DNA of 44,478 nucleotides from contig JAZGFI010000299.1 of the NCBI GenBank assembly GCA_036479435.1, forward strand, positions 1 through 44,478. Reading direction: 5' to 3'. Within the stretch, counting starts at the first letter, position 1. Each line of letters starts with the position of its first letter. Made by a program: the position numbers and the translations under genes. The notes under the pieces were generated by a model, which saw nothing but the letters and a program-made list of their open reading frames with translations, was not told the origin of the DNA and did not search any database. Of the stretch, positions 44,115 through 44,478 are shown piece after piece. This stretch comes from Planctomycetota bacterium (GTDB lineage Bacteria; Planctomycetota; GCA-002687715; DRQF01).

Positions 44115-44478
44115 GTGAAAACGAAGATCGAAGACATCTCGAAAGACCTCGACGACTTGGACTTGGAAGGTGCCAAGTCTTTGATCATTCAACTGCTGCA
44201 GAAAATCGAGGTCTTAAGCGAAGACCAAAAACATCTACTCCATCGCCTCTACGGTAAAAAGTCAGAGCAGATCGATCCCAATCAACTTCGTCTTTGGGGC
44301 GGCGACGAGACTATGGCGGCCTTGGAGTCTAGCCCGGAACCTTCGAGCGACAAGCCGAAGAAAAAGGCGGTCAAAAAAGGTGGCCACGGCCGCAAGGCCT
44401 TTGCCGACCACCTTGAAAGAGAACGCATCGAGTGCGTTCTTTCGGACGCCGAGCGCGCTTGCCATTGCGGTGAACTCA
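44115..44478 (+). CDS. tnpC: IS66 transposase TnpC, N-terminal part (runs off the window)
   Basis: Hand translation: LLHRLYGKKSEQIDPNQLRL...GHGRKAFADHLERERI...CHCG (leucine-zipper region and start of the zinc ribbon). Confidence 0.9.
   Translation, partial: MKTKIEDISKDLDDLDLEGAKSLIIQLLQKIEVLSEDQKHLLHRLYGKKSEQIDPNQLRLWGGDETMAALESSPEPSSDKPKKKAVKKGGHGRKAFADHLERERIECVLSDAERACHCGEL

Larger units (their letters stand above)
43317..44478 (+). mobile_element. IS66-family insertion sequence (left part)
   Basis: GTACCTGTCCGGTGAACCCC resembles IS66 GTAA-type terminal repeats; tnpA-tnpB-tnpC gene order follows. Confidence 0.92.

Noticed and set aside
1..44478. CRISPR array, tRNA or rRNA genes
   Set aside because: No regularly spaced direct repeats, cloverleaf/T-loop signature or rRNA-like tract was seen, and intergenic gaps are short.

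Overview
GC-rich bacterial chromosomal window. The gene content (an ECF sigma factor paired with a Ser/Thr kinase, and the style of the large secreted proteins) suggests Planctomycetota; this is inference only. About 35 genes are present: a YtkA/FixH-like lipoprotein with a di-heme cytochrome c peroxidase, two candidate glycan-active surface proteins, ECF sigma + TPR kinase, a SYLF lipoprotein, a membrane protein-wHTH-ispH operon with a palindromic operator, a 2OG-Fe(II) oxygenase, a three-gene secreted operon, a Tat-less molybdopterin oxidoreductase with a fused 4Fe-4S/NrfD partner, a GT-C glycosyltransferase, an NSS transporter, an Xre-RES toxin-antitoxin pair, a TlpA protein, a Tat-signal SDR with an Npt-like MFS carrier, a broken GH95 fucosidase, Zn-independent rpsN and rpmE, and a helical-repeat protein. 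An IS66 at the right edge, and probably an IS end at the left edge, each interrupt a secreted-protein gene. The most interesting leads are: (i) rpmE reads through its own intrinsic terminator into a stack of perfect hairpins (possible non-stop mRNA, as in arfA); (ii) a Tat-signal NAD(P)-binding enzyme beside a nucleotide-exchange-type carrier; (iii) an uncharacterised secreted operon whose members appear to share a terminal domain; (iv) a ~50-aa helical-repeat protein coupled to a lipoprotein; (v) ispH under an apparent membrane-sensor/wHTH module. No rRNA, tRNA or CRISPR array was seen. All family calls come from motif recognition; no database searches were run.
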